A stretch of DNA of 63,766 nt, the filler included, from Sphacelaria rigidula (lineage: Eukaryota): NCBI GenBank assembly GCA_964200075.2. It is 8 parts of 8 records of this genome, joined end to end, with 100 filler letters (N's around TTAATTAATTAA, not from the genome) between each part and the next. Parts side by side here need not be neighbours in the genome. Positions count along the whole stretch, not along the records: positions 55,885 to 63,766 come from CAXNAA020013109.1; 7 more parts are not named here. One strand, given 5' to 3'. Below the pieces are notes generated by a model that did not search any database, was not told where the DNA came from, and saw only the letters and a program-made list of their open reading frames with translations. The translations under genes and the position numbers were made by a program. Below are positions 62,388-63,766 of the stretch, piece by piece. Positions within the stretch are counted from its first letter, which is position 1. Every line of letters starts with the position of its first letter.

Positions 62388-63665
62388 TCAATACCTGAAA
62401 TTGGGCTAAACAAAAACTTATTTGCGAGCAGCTTCTGCTGTTCAAGTCCCACATTCTGCACCATATCAGTGGATGAGAATCATTTTGCCCCCCAATAATT
62501 CATTTATCAATTGGGCAAGGGGATCGAAGTCTTCAAGTGTCGAATTATACACTTAGCAAAGCCGTACAGCTTGAGTGAAACAAGCTACCTGTGAAGCCGC
62601 ATAAGTGTCGAAGTATACACGTAGCAAAGCCAGCCGCACGCCCCAATGGTGGGATATGGCAAGCTGACCCTGTGTCCAACTTGAATTATCAAAGCTGAGG
62701 ATTCTCTCCCAACGTACAAGCCAGCTGTTTAGAGCTGCAGACCAGATTCCAACTCTTGCGTGCAATTGGTAGACAAATAGGAACAAGGGGTTATGTTACA
62801 CGTGACTCACTCACGTTAGCTTGTCACGGCTTGCAGACCAGTGGGTGTCAGTAGCCAGGAGCGCAGAGAATAGCTGTTGACCATTCTTGCATTAATGCTA
62901 CGTAACCCAAAACGGTGGCTAGATGGTCGAAGGATGCAAGTGGACCCGTGGGTGGTTGTGGGCGCTGCTCGACCTTACCCTCAAAAACCCCTAGCTACGC
63001 ATACAACCCTGTCGTACTACAAAATCAGCCTGACGCGCCATGATGTGGCCAATAAAAGCGTCAGTAGTGACCTACGCCTGCGGCTGGTCAGGTACGGCTC
63101 TGTATCCAACTTCAATCAGCTGTATCAACCATAAAACAATCAATTTTCTACCGTATACAAGCACACTTTCGATTAGAATCTTTTCATACCCGCCGGTCGT
63201 TTCTGGGGACCATCGACAAATCTCAAGAGTTAGTTTAATTCACGCACTCACTCGGTCATTTACCATCACATTAGCCCATCCTGGATCGTTCAAGTGCAGT
63301 CCCTTTTCAGAAGGGACGAACTTGCATCGAGCCACACCTCTCCTACACCACAGAAAACTGAGACTCATTTCGAAGATCGTGTCTTCTTTGATACGGGGAA
63401 CAGCAAAGAGAAAGAATCGAACCGATACAATAGTTCAGTGTCCTCATGTTCCGTGAGCTCTTCAGACGTAGTCATGGGAAATCCGAAGAAAAATAAAAAT
63501 AAAGTTAACGATCAGAATCATACAGCACAAAATGCAGTGTCTTCAGAATACCGTGAGCATTTCCGGGATAGCCACAGGAAATCAGAGACCTATATCATTG
63601 AAACGATTATCCTGCCCTGCCATAACTATATTATGATGAATAAATCAGTGTTCTGTCAGCCGGTC

Positions 63666-63752
63666 GCCCCGGTGGCTCAGTTGGTAACCTCGTAACCTTC
63701 TGGCGGTTGATTTGCGGGGTTCGATTCCCGGATCGATCTGGGACTTTTTTTT
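63666..63752 (+). mobile_element. tRNA-derived SINE head / tRNA pseudogene
   Basis: A box TGGCTCAGTTGG, B box GGTTCGATTCC and a T-run. There is no proper anticodon arm and the acceptor stem is displaced. Confidence 0.7.
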
Positions 63753-63766
63753 ATACCATGCTCAAC

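Noticed and set aside
63666..63745. Functional tRNA gene
   Set aside because: A and B boxes are present, but there is no canonical anticodon arm and an insertion precedes the 3' acceptor strand; treated as a SINE head.

Overview
Eukaryotic, intron-rich and repeat-dense DNA, most consistent with a brown alga (Ectocarpus-like). That assignment is inferred from the gene families, the GT-AG introns and the transposon (TE) types. The window is not one locus. It is eight unrelated scaffolds of 7885 down to 7882 bp, sorted by size and joined by artificial 100-bp linkers (44N-TTAATTAATTAA-44N). Four partial host genes are supported: (i) a 14-exon minus-strand metzincin protease (HEWGHNMGADH; M72/reprolysin-like) fused to tandem WSC carbohydrate-binding domains, 24388-31505; (ii) a 5-exon receptor-like gene with a Cys-rich ectodomain and several membrane spans, 40486-44549; (iii) the last two exons of a germin/spherulin-like cupin, 57922-59243; (iv) the terminal exon of an Mpv17/PMP22 protein, 13822-13989. 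The rest is largely TE-derived: RTE LINE fragments, tRNA-headed SINEs, piggyBac elements and MITEs (including a head-to-tail array), hAT-like elements, foldbacks, and a MITE family that carries telomeric TTAGGG repeats. I found no CRISPR array, rRNA or canonical tRNA. No completely new system is demonstrable from sequence alone. The best leads are the telomere-repeat MITE, two elements with the same TIR but different internal motifs, the modular protease-WSC gene and a miRNA-like hairpin.
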